Under the pieces are notes generated by a model. The model searched no databases, was not told the origin of the DNA, and saw nothing but the letters and a program-made list of their open reading frames with translations. From NCBI GenBank assembly GCA_039916305.1, contig JBDSLR010000030.1, positions 171,039 through 195,038 on the forward strand: a DNA stretch of 24,000 bases. The letters are read 5' to 3'. This stretch comes from Chitinophagaceae bacterium (GTDB lineage: Bacteria; Bacteroidota; Bacteroidia; Chitinophagales; Chitinophagaceae). A program made the translations under genes and the position numbers. Below are positions 7,248 to 16,012 of this stretch, piece by piece; within the stretch, counting starts at the first letter, position 1, and each line of letters starts with the position of its first letter.

Positions 7248-7826
7248 ATGGACGAGCTATTGACGATACCGGCAGAAATGACAACCGAAAAAAAAGGCGA
7301 TATCACCCGCGTTATAAACGACTACAGCAGGCGCCTGCTGGGCTTTATACGCAAGCGGGTGAGCAATGAAGCCGATGCCGAAGATATTCTGCAGGATGTA
7401 TTCTACCAGTTTATTGGTAATACCCAGCCTATTGAGCAATTAACCGCCTGGCTGTTTACCGTGGCACGCAATAAGATTACCGACAAACAGCGTAAAAAGA
7501 AGCCGGAATTACTGGAGGAGCTGTATTCAGCGCCGGAAGAAGACCTTGCTTTTGACTGGACAGAAATTTTCTTTGATGATACGGATAATCCTGAAACGGC
7601 GTACCTGCGTACCTTATTTTGGGAAGCGCTTGACAACGCGCTGAATGAACTGCCGGCCGAACAAAGAGAAGTATTTGTAATGAATGAAATGGAAGGCATA
7701 CCCTTTAAAGAAATAGCGGAAAAAACCGGCGCCTCCATTAATACCCTGTTATCACGAAAACGGTATGCGGTATTGCACCTGCGCGACAGGCTGCGGGTAT
7801 TGAAAGACGAATTATTAAATTATTAA
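7248..7826 (+). CDS. ECF-type sigma-70 family RNA polymerase sigma factor
   Basis: Region 2 reads DAEDILQDVFYQF...WLFTVARNKITD. Region 4 reads LPAEQREVFVMNEMEGIPFKEIAEKTGASINTLLSRKRYAVLHLR. Confidence 0.9.
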   Translation: MDELLTIPAEMTTEKKGDITRVINDYSRRLLGFIRKRVSNEADAEDILQDVFYQFIGNTQPIEQLTAWLFTVARNKITDKQRKKKPELLEELYSAPEEDLAFDWTEIFFDDTDNPETAYLRTLFWEALDNALNELPAEQREVFVMNEMEGIPFKEIAEKTGASINTLLSRKRYAVLHLRDRLRVLKDELLNY

Positions 7827-7836
7827 AATAAAGAAA

Positions 7837-8214
7837 ATGAGAAAGCAGTTTTTTGTGAAAAAGGCCATTGCCATAGTGGTATTTGTGTTTGCATTTATTG
7901 TGGGTTTAAGTTTTGCTGTAATGGCTTTGTGGAATAATATACTGGTAGATGTACTGCACGTAGGTACCATTACTTTCTGGCAGGCACTGGGCATTTTTGG
8001 CCTTGCTAAAATATTATTTGGTGGATTTCCGGGTGGCGGCAAATGTGGTGGCGGGCCAGGGCGCTGGAAACAGCAGATGGGCGAAGGCATGAAAGAGAAG
8101 TGGATGAATATGAGCCCTGAAGAAAGAGAAAAGTTTAAGCAGGATTGGAAGAACCGTTGTTCCGGTGGCTGGAGAAGGGCCCCTGCTGCTGAGCAGGCGA
8201 AGAAGGCTGAATAG
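7837..8214 (+). CDS. Small membrane protein co-transcribed with the ECF sigma (two predicted TM helices, Gly-rich linker, charged C-terminus)
   Basis: Starts 10 nt after the sigma stop. Hydrophobic segments are AIAIVVFVFAFIVGLSFAVMAL and TFWQALGIFGLAKILFGGF, followed by GGGKCGGGPG and MSPEEREKFKQDWKNR. The family is not recognised. Confidence 0.6.
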   Translation: MRKQFFVKKAIAIVVFVFAFIVGLSFAVMALWNNILVDVLHVGTITFWQALGIFGLAKILFGGFPGGGKCGGGPGRWKQQMGEGMKEKWMNMSPEEREKFKQDWKNRCSGGWRRAPAAEQAKKAE

Positions 8215-8536
8215 TCTTTCGTTTTTTCTTAAATAGCCGGAACAAACAGAAGGAGCAAAACAGATTGATGAGAATTTTTGCCAGCTGGTGTATAATATAT
8301 CGTTGCGGTCTCAAACCGCTAATTCTATTGCAGAATTGATAGCTTGAGAAATCGGGTTGACAAGCTTTTTGAGATGGTCGTTATATTTTTGTAATGCTCA
8401 GAATGAGTAAGAATTTTTTCACGTGAATGTGGTATCGGCAAGCAATACAAGTTGTTTTATTTTCGGCGGGCCCGGCATTTACAAATAGTTTGAGCTGTAT
8501 GAATTGAATGGTTACTGTAAATCAAAACTTGTTTAT

Positions 8537-8752
8537 ATGGAGATCCTTGTTTTTAAAACCAATGTACACAGCAGGAGGCGGGCAAATTCATTGGCACCAC
8601 ACCTGGAAAACATAGCAGGTATTATCAGGTGGAATGTAGACCTGCAGGATGTTGACAATATTTTACGTATTGAATGCGCCAGTATTTCGCCACGCGCCAT
8701 AGAACAAAATTTGCAGCAGGCTGGTTATTTTTGTGAAGAACTCCAGGGATGA
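8537..8752 (+). CDS. Small (71 aa) conserved-looking protein, HMA/ferredoxin-like pattern without the CxxC metal site
   Basis: MEILVFKTNVHSRRRANSLAPHLENIAGIIRWNVDLQDVDNILRIE....AGYFCEEL resembles small Bacteroidota proteins patterned like copper-chaperone domains, but no Cys pair is present. Start chosen at the internal ATG. Confidence 0.5.
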   Translation: MEILVFKTNVHSRRRANSLAPHLENIAGIIRWNVDLQDVDNILRIECASISPRAIEQNLQQAGYFCEELQG

Positions 8753-8937
8753 AAACCGTGTTGGTCTGGAATGAATCAGGTATTATACTGTATGCCCTTC
8801 AGCCATATGCGATGAATCTGCGCACTCGCATCATAATCTTACGAAATGTCCCGTGAAGCAAAGGATTTACTGATTGCGTAATGGCTGGATTTATGCAAAC
8901 ATCGCGCAATCACTAAATCATCTTAATCAGCAATTAT

Positions 8938-11625
8938 TTAAGTGTTATCATTTATCAGGCTAACTTCAGCTGGTTGTGCGGTACGGGCCGGTTCTTCAAC
9001 TTTATTTTTCTTAGCACCGTATTCGCTTATTAATTCCGCCACCAGGGCCGTCCAGCCTGTCTGGTGATTTGCACCGAGGCCCTTACCACTGTCTCCGTGA
9101 AAATACTCGTAAAATAATACCAGGTGTTCATTGCCCGGTTGCTGGTAAAACCAGTTATACTCTCCATATAAACGGCGTTTGCCTTCGGCATCTTTTTCAA
9201 ATAAACTGATTACCCGCCGCGTAAGTTCGTCTGCTACTGCATCCAGGTTTATTTTATTGCCGGAGCCGGTGGGGTATTCTACCAGTAAATTATCACCGTA
9301 AAACTCGCCGTATTTGCGGATGGATTGTATAATGAGGAAGTTGATCGGTATCCACACGGGGCCACGCCAGTTGCTGTTGCCACCAAACATATCAGAAGTA
9401 GAATCACCCGGATCATAATGGATGCTGTATATAATGCCTTCCACTGTTACTGAATATGGATGCTCTTCATGGTACTTCGATAATGCGCGGATGCCGCCAT
9501 CTGATAAAAATCCATCTTCATCCAGCAGCCTTACCAACAGGGCTTCCAACCGGTCTTTGGGTACCAGTGATAAGAGCAGTTCCTGGCCATCGCCCCTTTC
9601 TTCATTTGGCCAGAATTTTTTATTTTTTTTGCGGTATTGCTCAAACCAGGTGATGCGTTTTTTAAAATCCTGCAGCTTGTTAAGTACTTTTTTACTGATG
9701 GTGGATACGGCGTAGAGGGAAGTAAGTCCTACAATGGATTGTATCCGCAGCGGCAAAGGATCGGCACCCGTTACACACAATACATCGTAAAAGAATTTAT
9801 CTTCATTGTTCCACAAGCCATGTTCATTCAGCGCTTCTGCTACCAGTACAAAGTGTTCAAAAAATTTAGTGGCCGTGTCTTCAAAAGCCTCATCATGCAT
9901 GGCAATTTCAAGAGCAATATCCATCATGTCCAGCGCATAGGTACCCATCCAGCTGGTGCCATCGGCCTGTTCCAACTGCATCTCACCAGAGAAGTGAAAG
10001 CTGCGGTTGAATACACCAATATTATCCAGGCCAAGAAACCCTCCTTCAAAGATATTGTTGCCGTTTACGTCTTTGCGGTTTATCCACCAGGTAAAATTGA
10101 TCAGCAGTTTCTGAAAAACTTTTTTCAGGAAAACAATATCACCCATGCCGCCTTTTTGTTTCTTTTCAATATGGTATACCTGCATGGCGGCCCAGGCCTG
10201 TACCGGCGGGTTTACATCGCTGAAATTCCATTCGTATGCAGGCAATTGTCCATCGGGTTTCATATACCACTCACGCATTACCAGCAGCAACTGGTGCTTT
10301 GCAAAAGTAGGATCGGCAACAGCCATCGAGATACATTGAAAAGCCAGGTCCCATGCGGCATACCAGGGATATTCCCATTTATCCGGCATAGAAATAATAT
10401 CCTGATTTTTGAGGTGCTTCCAGTCATTGTTGCGACCGGTCTGTTTGCCAACGCTCACCGGGGTAATGCCATCATCAGTAGAAAGCCAGCGCTCCACATC
10501 AAAATGATAATATTGTTTACTCCATAATAAACCGGCCAGTGCCTGCCGCTGAATATTGGCCATATCATCGCTCATGCCTTTGGGCAGTATGGCGGCGTAA
10601 TAGTCATTGGCTTCCTCTTTCCTGGTAGTAAATATTTTTTCAAACCCGCTTACAAAAGCATCGTCCATGTCTTTATTGCTAAGCCGGCAATAAATGGTTT
10701 TTGTTTCGCCTGCGGGTACTTTCATTTTATAGACAGCTGCGAACTTGGTACCTGATTTTTTATTGCGCAGTGCCGCGGTATTCTCTCCCTTAATAACGGC
10801 ATCGTGAAAGGCATCTTTTACAAAAATGCTTTCGTTGGGTACATTGGTTATTTTTTCTGTATTGGTTTCATTCTCGGTAAAAAAGCGATCGCTGGGTGGC
10901 TGAAAATAGAAAAAATAATTTTCCATTCTTTCATGTTCTGCGCGTACAGATGTTTTTCCGGTAGCGGTCAGCAGGGGTTTTTTATCAAGCCCGCCATAGT
11001 TCCAGCGGTTATAAAACCATAGGGTAGGCAACACCGTTATTTCTGCCGCTTTTGTGTAACGGTTGGTAATATTTATTTTTATAAAAATATCCTGCATGCC
11101 CTGCTTAGCGTAGGTAACACAAACATCAAAATATTGGTTATTGTCAAACACCCCGGTGTCAAGTATTTCATATTCTGGTTCGTCACGGCCGCGTTTGCGG
11201 TTTTCTTCCTTTAATTTATCATAGGGAAAAGCCTGTTGCGGGTATTTATATAAAAATTCCATGTAGGAATGTGTAGGCACATTGTCAAGGTAATAGTACA
11301 ATTCCTTTACATCTTCGCCATGATTGCCCTGGCTATTGCCCACGCCAAATAGGCGTTCCTTTAAAATGGCATCTTTTCCGTTCCAGAGGCCTATTGCAAA
11401 ACAAATATTCTGAAAATAGTCTGAGATACCGGCCAGGCCATCTTCTCCCCAGCGGTAAACGCGGCTGTGTGCGTGATCAAAAGGAAAATAGTGCCAGGCA
11501 TCTCCATTAGAACTGTAATCTTCGCGTACGGTACCCCATTGGCGTTCGCTGAGGTAAGGCCCCCATTGTACAAGTGGTACGTCACGTGTTGCGTTTACTG
11601 CAAGGCGTTGATGTTCTGCTGTCAT
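8938..11625 (-). CDS. GH63-like (alpha/alpha)6-barrel glucosidase (MGH1-like glycoside hydrolase)
   Basis: 895-aa ORF. The N-terminus, WGPYLSERQWGTVREDYS..GDAW.YFPFDHAHSRVYRWGEDGL...LKERLFG..N.QGNHGEDVKELYYYLD..PTHSY, is typical of this roughly 890-aa 'glucosidase' family. Confidence 0.8.
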   Translation of the reverse strand: MTAEHQRLAVNATRDVPLVQWGPYLSERQWGTVREDYSSNGDAWHYFPFDHAHSRVYRWGEDGLAGISDYFQNICFAIGLWNGKDAILKERLFGVGNSQGNHGEDVKELYYYLDNVPTHSYMEFLYKYPQQAFPYDKLKEENRKRGRDEPEYEILDTGVFDNNQYFDVCVTYAKQGMQDIFIKINITNRYTKAAEITVLPTLWFYNRWNYGGLDKKPLLTATGKTSVRAEHERMENYFFYFQPPSDRFFTENETNTEKITNVPNESIFVKDAFHDAVIKGENTAALRNKKSGTKFAAVYKMKVPAGETKTIYCRLSNKDMDDAFVSGFEKIFTTRKEEANDYYAAILPKGMSDDMANIQRQALAGLLWSKQYYHFDVERWLSTDDGITPVSVGKQTGRNNDWKHLKNQDIISMPDKWEYPWYAAWDLAFQCISMAVADPTFAKHQLLLVMREWYMKPDGQLPAYEWNFSDVNPPVQAWAAMQVYHIEKKQKGGMGDIVFLKKVFQKLLINFTWWINRKDVNGNNIFEGGFLGLDNIGVFNRSFHFSGEMQLEQADGTSWMGTYALDMMDIALEIAMHDEAFEDTATKFFEHFVLVAEALNEHGLWNNEDKFFYDVLCVTGADPLPLRIQSIVGLTSLYAVSTISKKVLNKLQDFKKRITWFEQYRKKNKKFWPNEERGDGQELLLSLVPKDRLEALLVRLLDEDGFLSDGGIRALSKYHEEHPYSVTVEGIIYSIHYDPGDSTSDMFGGNSNWRGPVWIPINFLIIQSIRKYGEFYGDNLLVEYPTGSGNKINLDAVADELTRRVISLFEKDAEGKRRLYGEYNWFYQQPGNEHLVLFYEYFHGDSGKGLGANHQTGWTALVAELISEYGAKKNKVEEPARTAQPAEVSLINDNT

Positions 11626-11847
11626 GCTGTTGATTTAGTACAAACAATGTCGCAAATGGCAGGCAATCTGCAATTAATGAAAATAATACTATTGGGGTTT
11701 AAAGCCCTTAATAATAAAGGCAATTGCCATTTTCAGATTCTTTTGCTGCTGACAGCCCGTGCTGTTATTAGCAGTGACCGAAAAATGAATCCAGGCATAC
11801 CAACCACAAGAAATGCGAATTTAATTAATAAGCGGCAATCAGGCAGT

Positions 11848-12675
11848 TTATTGATATCTCTTAACAAGGTCAGATAAAATCTTTTTATCTGCGTCTGTAA
11901 TCATCCTGGAAGAATCTGACTGTACAAAATGAAGTTTAAAAGAATATACGGCAGATGCACTGTCCTGTATATTATAACCTATGATACGCAGGGCCTGCAT
12001 GGCATTAAAATTATCGGCAACCTGTGCCGTTGTAGTATCATACCAGCAACCAAATCCATTAGTGGCCAGTTGCTGCCATGGAAAGTTTCTGTTGGGGTCT
12101 ACTTTTCTGCCGGGGGCAATGTCTGCATGCCCAATAAAATTAGCGGTAGGTATAAGGTATTGTTTTTTTAAGTTGGCCAGCAGGCGCAGCAGGCTGTTAA
12201 TTTGTGCGTCCGTAAAAGTTTCAAAACCATTATTGTCTATTTCTATGCCAATGCTGTTGCTGTTAATGTCTGTACTGTTGCCCCATTTACCGGCTCCGCC
12301 ATGCCAGGCACGCAGGTAATCATTAAGCATATGATGAATGGTACCGTCTTTACAAATAACATAATGTGCACTTACCTGTGCCTGTTGGGTAGTAAAGGTT
12401 TGCAAGGTTTGCTCGCAACTGTTTTGCGCGGTATGATGGATAACAACAAAATTGGGTTTGCGTAAATTAAAATTAGTTGTGCCCGCGGTGTAGGCGGGTG
12501 CTTGTATTGAGTCCTCTAAGGGGAAACTGCGCAGTTGCTTTGCCAGCACTTTTGCCTGCTGCCGGTATATTTTATTGCTTGCCCTGTACGGATTGCCGGC
12601 GCATGCGCAGGCGGTGCAAACCAATAGCAGGTAAAACCATCGCCTGTCAGCATAATTTAATAAAGAAAATAGCAT
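11848..12675 (-). CDS. N-acetylmuramoyl-L-alanine amidase (Amidase_2/PGRP fold), exported
   Basis: FVVIHHTAQ, SAHYVICKDGTIHHM, AWHGGAGKWG, NSIGIEIDNNG and GHADIAPGRKVDPN. The N-terminus is hydrophobic with a Cys. Confidence 0.88.
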   Translation of the reverse strand: MLFSLLNYADRRWFYLLLVCTACACAGNPYRASNKIYRQQAKVLAKQLRSFPLEDSIQAPAYTAGTTNFNLRKPNFVVIHHTAQNSCEQTLQTFTTQQAQVSAHYVICKDGTIHHMLNDYLRAWHGGAGKWGNSTDINSNSIGIEIDNNGFETFTDAQINSLLRLLANLKKQYLIPTANFIGHADIAPGRKVDPNRNFPWQQLATNGFGCWYDTTTAQVADNFNAMQALRIIGYNIQDSASAVYSFKLHFVQSDSSRMITDADKKILSDLVKRYQ

Positions 12676-13127
12676 CAGCTTCTATTTGTTTTGGTAAATA
12701 TAATTAAAGGGGGTTCAAATATTAACCATGGCGGGAACAACTGGCCTGCGGATATGCTTTTAGACACAGGATTTTACAGTTCTATGCCATTATCCCGAAA
12801 TTACATGTATTCGATATGGAGTATTAAACCTTGTTGCATGTATTTAGAATTGCTTCAGCCGCTGTACTATTTCCAAAAAATGTATTTTTTTCCCGCAGGG
12901 GGAAGTTATAGCAAGCAAGGTCTTTGGTAAAGCGTTGTTTTTGAACCTGCTGCAACCTGGTATCAAGATTGAATAACCATGCCAGTCAGCAGTACACATT
13001 CTTATGAAACATTTTTACGGAGGATTTTTCAGCGCATCAAAACCATAAATAAAATTATCATCATCATAGGTCGTAAACGATTCATCACCGTTTTTTTTCC
13101 GTACAATTTCAGAACTCTCTACTCCCC

Positions 13128-13162
13128 GGGCCATGCATTAGAAATTAATGCTGGCCCTTTTT
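13128..13162. terminator. Strong hairpin 39 nt downstream of the LLM gene stop; the T-run is on the plus-strand side
   Basis: gggccatgcatta-gaaat-taatgctggccc forms a 12-bp stem with a 1-nt bulge, followed on the + strand by ttttt (13158..13162). On the - strand it is preceded by aaaaa and followed by ggggag. Confidence 0.6.
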
Positions 13163-13195
13163 GCTGTACAGAAGGCACCGGAGTAACCAGGCAGA

Positions 13196-14221
13196 TCAAA
13201 GTTTCGCAACAGCTGCCGCAGGCATTAGAAACATTTTCGCCAGCAACTCATAACTCCTGAACCTGTCTTCACGGCTTTCAGCAAATGTGGCAGCCATTAC
13301 CTCGTTTACACCCAGTTCTTTGGCCAGCGCCCTAATTTTTTCTTCCACAATATCCGGTGTGCCCATAATGCAGCGCTGCCGGTTAAATAATACGCGCTGC
13401 CATTCTGCTGCGGAATATTTGTATAGGCTGGCAGTGGTAAAATCGGGCATTTCATCAATCCTTCCTTTTTCAAAGCCCAGGAAGCGGTAATCCATAACGG
13501 CCTGGGTGCGGGCTACCATTCCTTCATTTTCTGAACAAAATATAAATACACCTGCGTTGACCTGCGGATGCGTTAGCAGGGAAGAGGGCCTGAACCGTTG
13601 CCGGTACAGGGCAATGGCTTCTGCACCTCCAATGGGATTGATAAATTGTGCAAAGCCCAGTGCCATGCCGGTATGTGCCGCCAGGTAGGCGCTTTCGCCA
13701 CTGCTGGTGAGCATCCACAAAGCCGGCACTGTATTAATTTTAGGTATGGCCCTTATTTTGCCATTGGCATTGCCATCGCCGGGTGTATCCGTTAAAAAAT
13801 TAGTGAGGTCTGTAATCTGCTGTATATAACCCTGCGGATCAAAATCATTGGAAGGATTCAATAGGCGCGATGTTAACCGGTCGCCACCTGGGGCACGGCC
13901 AATACCAAGATCAATACGACCGGGGTACAGGGCTTCCAGCAAACGGAAGTTTTCTGCCACTTTCAATGCACTGTGATTTGGCAGCATAATACCGCCGGAG
14001 CCGAGGCGGATACGGTTGCTTTCTGCCGCCAGCCTTGCAATTAGTATCTCGGGTGCTGCACCCGCCAGGCTGAGGGTGTTATGGTGTTCGCTGAGCCAGT
14101 ATCGGGTATAGCCCAGCTCGTCAGCAAGTTTTACCAGTTCTACGGATTCCTGTAATGAAGCTGCCGCGTTGCTGCCGCGCCGGATAGGTGTTTGATCAAG
14201 CACACTCAATTGTAACTGCAT
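13196..14221 (-). CDS. LLM-class flavin-dependent oxidoreductase (luciferase-like, group 1 / YhbW-like)
   Basis: LSVLDQTPI...LGYTRYWLSEHHN...IRLGSGGIMLPNHSALKVAENFRLLEALYPGRIDLGIGRAPGGD. Confidence 0.9.
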   Translation of the reverse strand: MQLQLSVLDQTPIRRGSNAAASLQESVELVKLADELGYTRYWLSEHHNTLSLAGAAPEILIARLAAESNRIRLGSGGIMLPNHSALKVAENFRLLEALYPGRIDLGIGRAPGGDRLTSRLLNPSNDFDPQGYIQQITDLTNFLTDTPGDGNANGKIRAIPKINTVPALWMLTSSGESAYLAAHTGMALGFAQFINPIGGAEAIALYRQRFRPSSLLTHPQVNAGVFIFCSENEGMVARTQAVMDYRFLGFEKGRIDEMPDFTTASLYKYSAAEWQRVLFNRQRCIMGTPDIVEEKIRALAKELGVNEVMAATFAESREDRFRSYELLAKMFLMPAAAVAKL

Positions 14222-14276
14222 ATAGCAATAACAGGCGCGGTAGCAAAATGTTTATTTGGCATTGGCAGCAAGAAGA

Positions 14277-14745
14277 TAATTTTCCTTTAAATACAGGCCA
14301 ATTAGCAGATTTTACATTTCGAATATATTCGTTGGTGGTCATTGTTTTAAATGAGTGCAAAACTTTTCCAATGGCGAGCCGCTGTGTTCGCCCATATGGC
14401 ATCGTTTTGCTGTAGGGGCGGACCTATGTGACCGCCATTATCCTTATTAAGACGACCGTAATCGTCTGGTACATCGCCATCATTCGGGCGGACACCATCA
14501 TTCGGGCGGACACATAGGTCCGCCCCTGCATTTTCAATGATACAATGAAAATGATTACAACATATTCATGGCATTTTATACCGGTAAATTTATTTTCCAA
14601 TACTGCATATCATTTTCTGTCATCTTGCCCGCATCATTAACAAATGCTGTACAAAATTCCGGCAGCGGATGAGTGCGTGGGCAATCGATCTCCTGGTACA
14701 TTTGTATGGGCGCCCGGCACCCTGGGAGATAGCTAAAACTTTTAT
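14277..14745 (-). pseudogene. Decayed REP-associated tyrosine transposase (RAYT / IS200-like Y1) relic
   Basis: Colinear fragments lie in three frames on the - strand. (1) ..FVNDAGKMTENDMQYWKINLPV* ends at 14576. (2) *ICCNHFHCIIENAGADLCVRPNDGVRPNDG...GGHIGPPLQQ has its HUH-like NHFH at 14545..14556. (3) RLAIGKVLHSFKTMTTNEYIRNVKSANWPVFKGKL runs 14402..14277. The expected WQRNYYEHIIRNE C-terminus is missing. Confidence 0.6.
14414..14527. repeat. 23-bp inverted repeat (1 mismatch) flanking an 18-bp tandem duplication, inside the RAYT relic
   Basis: The left arm is aggggcggacctatgtgaccgcc (14414..14436). The right arm is ggcggacacataggtccgcccct (14505..14527). The direct repeat ccatcattcgggcggaca occupies 14477..14494 and 14495..14512. 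Confidence 0.9.
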
Positions 14746-14749
14746 CGTA

Positions 14750-15169
14750 ATGAGTGATGTACACGATCCAGAGACGCGCAGTTATAACATGAGCCGCATA
14801 CGCAGTGTGCATACCAAACCTGAATTGCTGGTACGGAAATTTTTGCATGCGCATGGTTACCGGTTCAGGCTGCACGATAAAAGTTTGCCCGGCCGCCCTG
14901 ACATTGTTTTAAAAAAATATAAAACGGTTATACAGGTGCATGGTTGTTTCTGGCACGGCCATAGTAATTGCAAATATTATGTGGTACCTAAAACCCGCAC
15001 TGACTGGTGGCTGAATAAAATAAATAGCAATAAAGCCAATGATATAAAGGCTGATAAAGCACTGACTGTAAATGGCTGGAAAATAATTACTATTTGGGAA
15101 TGTAGTTTGAAGACAGCTGCAATTGAAAAAACATTAGCGAAACTGCTTAAGAAAATAGGGCGGAAATAA
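14750..15169 (+). CDS. vsr: Very short patch repair endonuclease Vsr
   Basis: MSDVHDPETRSYNMSRI..KPE...GYRFRLHDKSLPGRPDIVLKKYKTVIQVHGCFWHGH..C.....PKTRTDWWLNKI..N..D......GWKIITIWEC aligns with E. coli Vsr starting from MADVHDKATRSKNM. Confidence 0.92.
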   Translation: MSDVHDPETRSYNMSRIRSVHTKPELLVRKFLHAHGYRFRLHDKSLPGRPDIVLKKYKTVIQVHGCFWHGHSNCKYYVVPKTRTDWWLNKINSNKANDIKADKALTVNGWKIITIWECSLKTAAIEKTLAKLLKKIGRK

Positions 15170-15223
15170 TGGAGCGCGGCTTTTGTGTTTCTTATGACAG
15201 AATTAAAATTTTCTTCGATATGA

Positions 15224-15520
15224 TGATAAGCGTTCATTATACTTTTGATAATTTATTGTACGCTTGCTGTAGTATCCTGAAATGCTGTAGCAATTACCAA
15301 TTGAAGGAATCTGCAATTAGTTGATCGAACGCAATTTTTTACAATTCGTATGAGGTAAGTTTTATTGATAAGCGTTAACGCATTCATACAATCATGCTTA
15401 CGAAATTTTATTGCGCAATGTATTCAAATTTGGCATGCTGGGGAATTGGTATAGAGCTAACATGTAGTTGTGGAGATTGACGAATTTGTTACCCATTCGT
15501 TTTGTCCCAAAATGAAACAA
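15224..15520 (+). repeat. Degenerate tandem repeat (about 142-153 bp period, at least 2 units) in an AT-rich ORF-free region; related to 6881..7030
   Basis: Colinear anchors are tgataagcgtt (15224 / 15366), aattt(t)attg..cgc (15250 / 15403), atgctg (15282 / 15435), tagttg (15318 / 15465) and attcgt (15344 / 15495). Confidence 0.55.
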
Positions 15521-15635
15521 TAATTTCCAGTGAAAGGAATACGCGGCTATCATTACCACAAAGCAAGCCCATTATTTATTGGCATAGCATTTGAAAACAT
15601 TCAATTGGTTTTTCATAGGATATTGGATTTTAAAC

Positions 15636-15666
15636 GGGACTGGATTTTTATCCTGGTCCCTTTTTT
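15636..15666 (+). terminator. Rho-independent-type terminator with no annotated gene upstream
   Basis: gggactgga-ttttta-tcctggtccc (5+3 bp stem with a small internal loop) followed by tttttt. It lies 467 nt after the vsr stop. Confidence 0.6.
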
Positions 15667-16012
15667 ATTTCTGACCATGATGTAAAGAATGTATGATTCA
15701 GTATTGGTAGCGCTTATGCATTGCATTGTGTGCAATTCTTGATAGGTACCGGTGGAGATTATACAGTGTATGTTTTGATAATATGATAATTAGAATAGTT
15801 GGGCGCTGGTCTTAAGAAATTAATGGTCTTGAATTGTATCAATGTCAGGCAAGAGCTGACTTTTTTAATAGCCACTGCGAAATTCGCATCTGTTATTGCG
15901 CTTATACCATCTAGGCGGCGTGCAACGGGCAGGTTTGATTTCTTCCGTGGGCGACGTAAAATGCGAACTGTACTAGTGGTCCGATAAATATCAGCACCTG
16001 CAATTATTTCAG

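Noticed and set aside
8357-8391. Candidate promoter TTGACA ... TAttTTTG (a Bacteroidota -7-like box at 8384..8391) upstream of the small HMA-like gene
   Set aside because: The spacing between the upstream TTG and the -7 box (24 nt) is outside the usual 19-21 nt. The site is about 146 nt from the ATG. It is plausible but unsupported.
9637-10527. 296-aa plus-strand ORF inside the glucosidase gene, and similar antisense ORFs at 3578..4201, 5351..5947, 6373..6744 and 7403..7738
   Set aside because: These are shadow ORFs antisense to genes with strong family-level support. Their sequences are compositionally odd and carry no recognisable motifs.
12707-12722. gggggttcaaat as a tRNA T-arm
   Set aside because: There is no complementary 3' half of the T-stem and no acceptor or anticodon arms nearby.
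13015-13134. 39-aa minus-strand ORF (MARGVESSEIVRKKNGDESFTTYDDDNFIYGFDALKNPP) downstream of the LLM gene
   Set aside because: Its start codon lies inside the stem of the terminator hairpin, and no family is recognised. It is probably fortuitous.
14530-14600. A second, inverted copy of the RAYT middle region read on the plus strand (MKMITTYSW resembling FKTMTTNEY)
   Set aside because: The minus-strand reading of the same DNA gives an HUH-like NHFHCII segment in the correct colinear position. That explains the locus as one relic rather than two head-to-head copies.
14669-14749. Upstream ATG at 14669 as the vsr start
   Set aside because: The alignment to E. coli Vsr begins exactly at MSDVHD (14750). 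The 27 extra residues overlap the transposase relic.
14576-14875. 99-aa minus-strand ORF as a real gene
   Set aside because: It is a composite. Its C-terminal third is the decayed N-terminal part of the RAYT relic, and its N-terminal two-thirds are antisense to the well-supported vsr gene.
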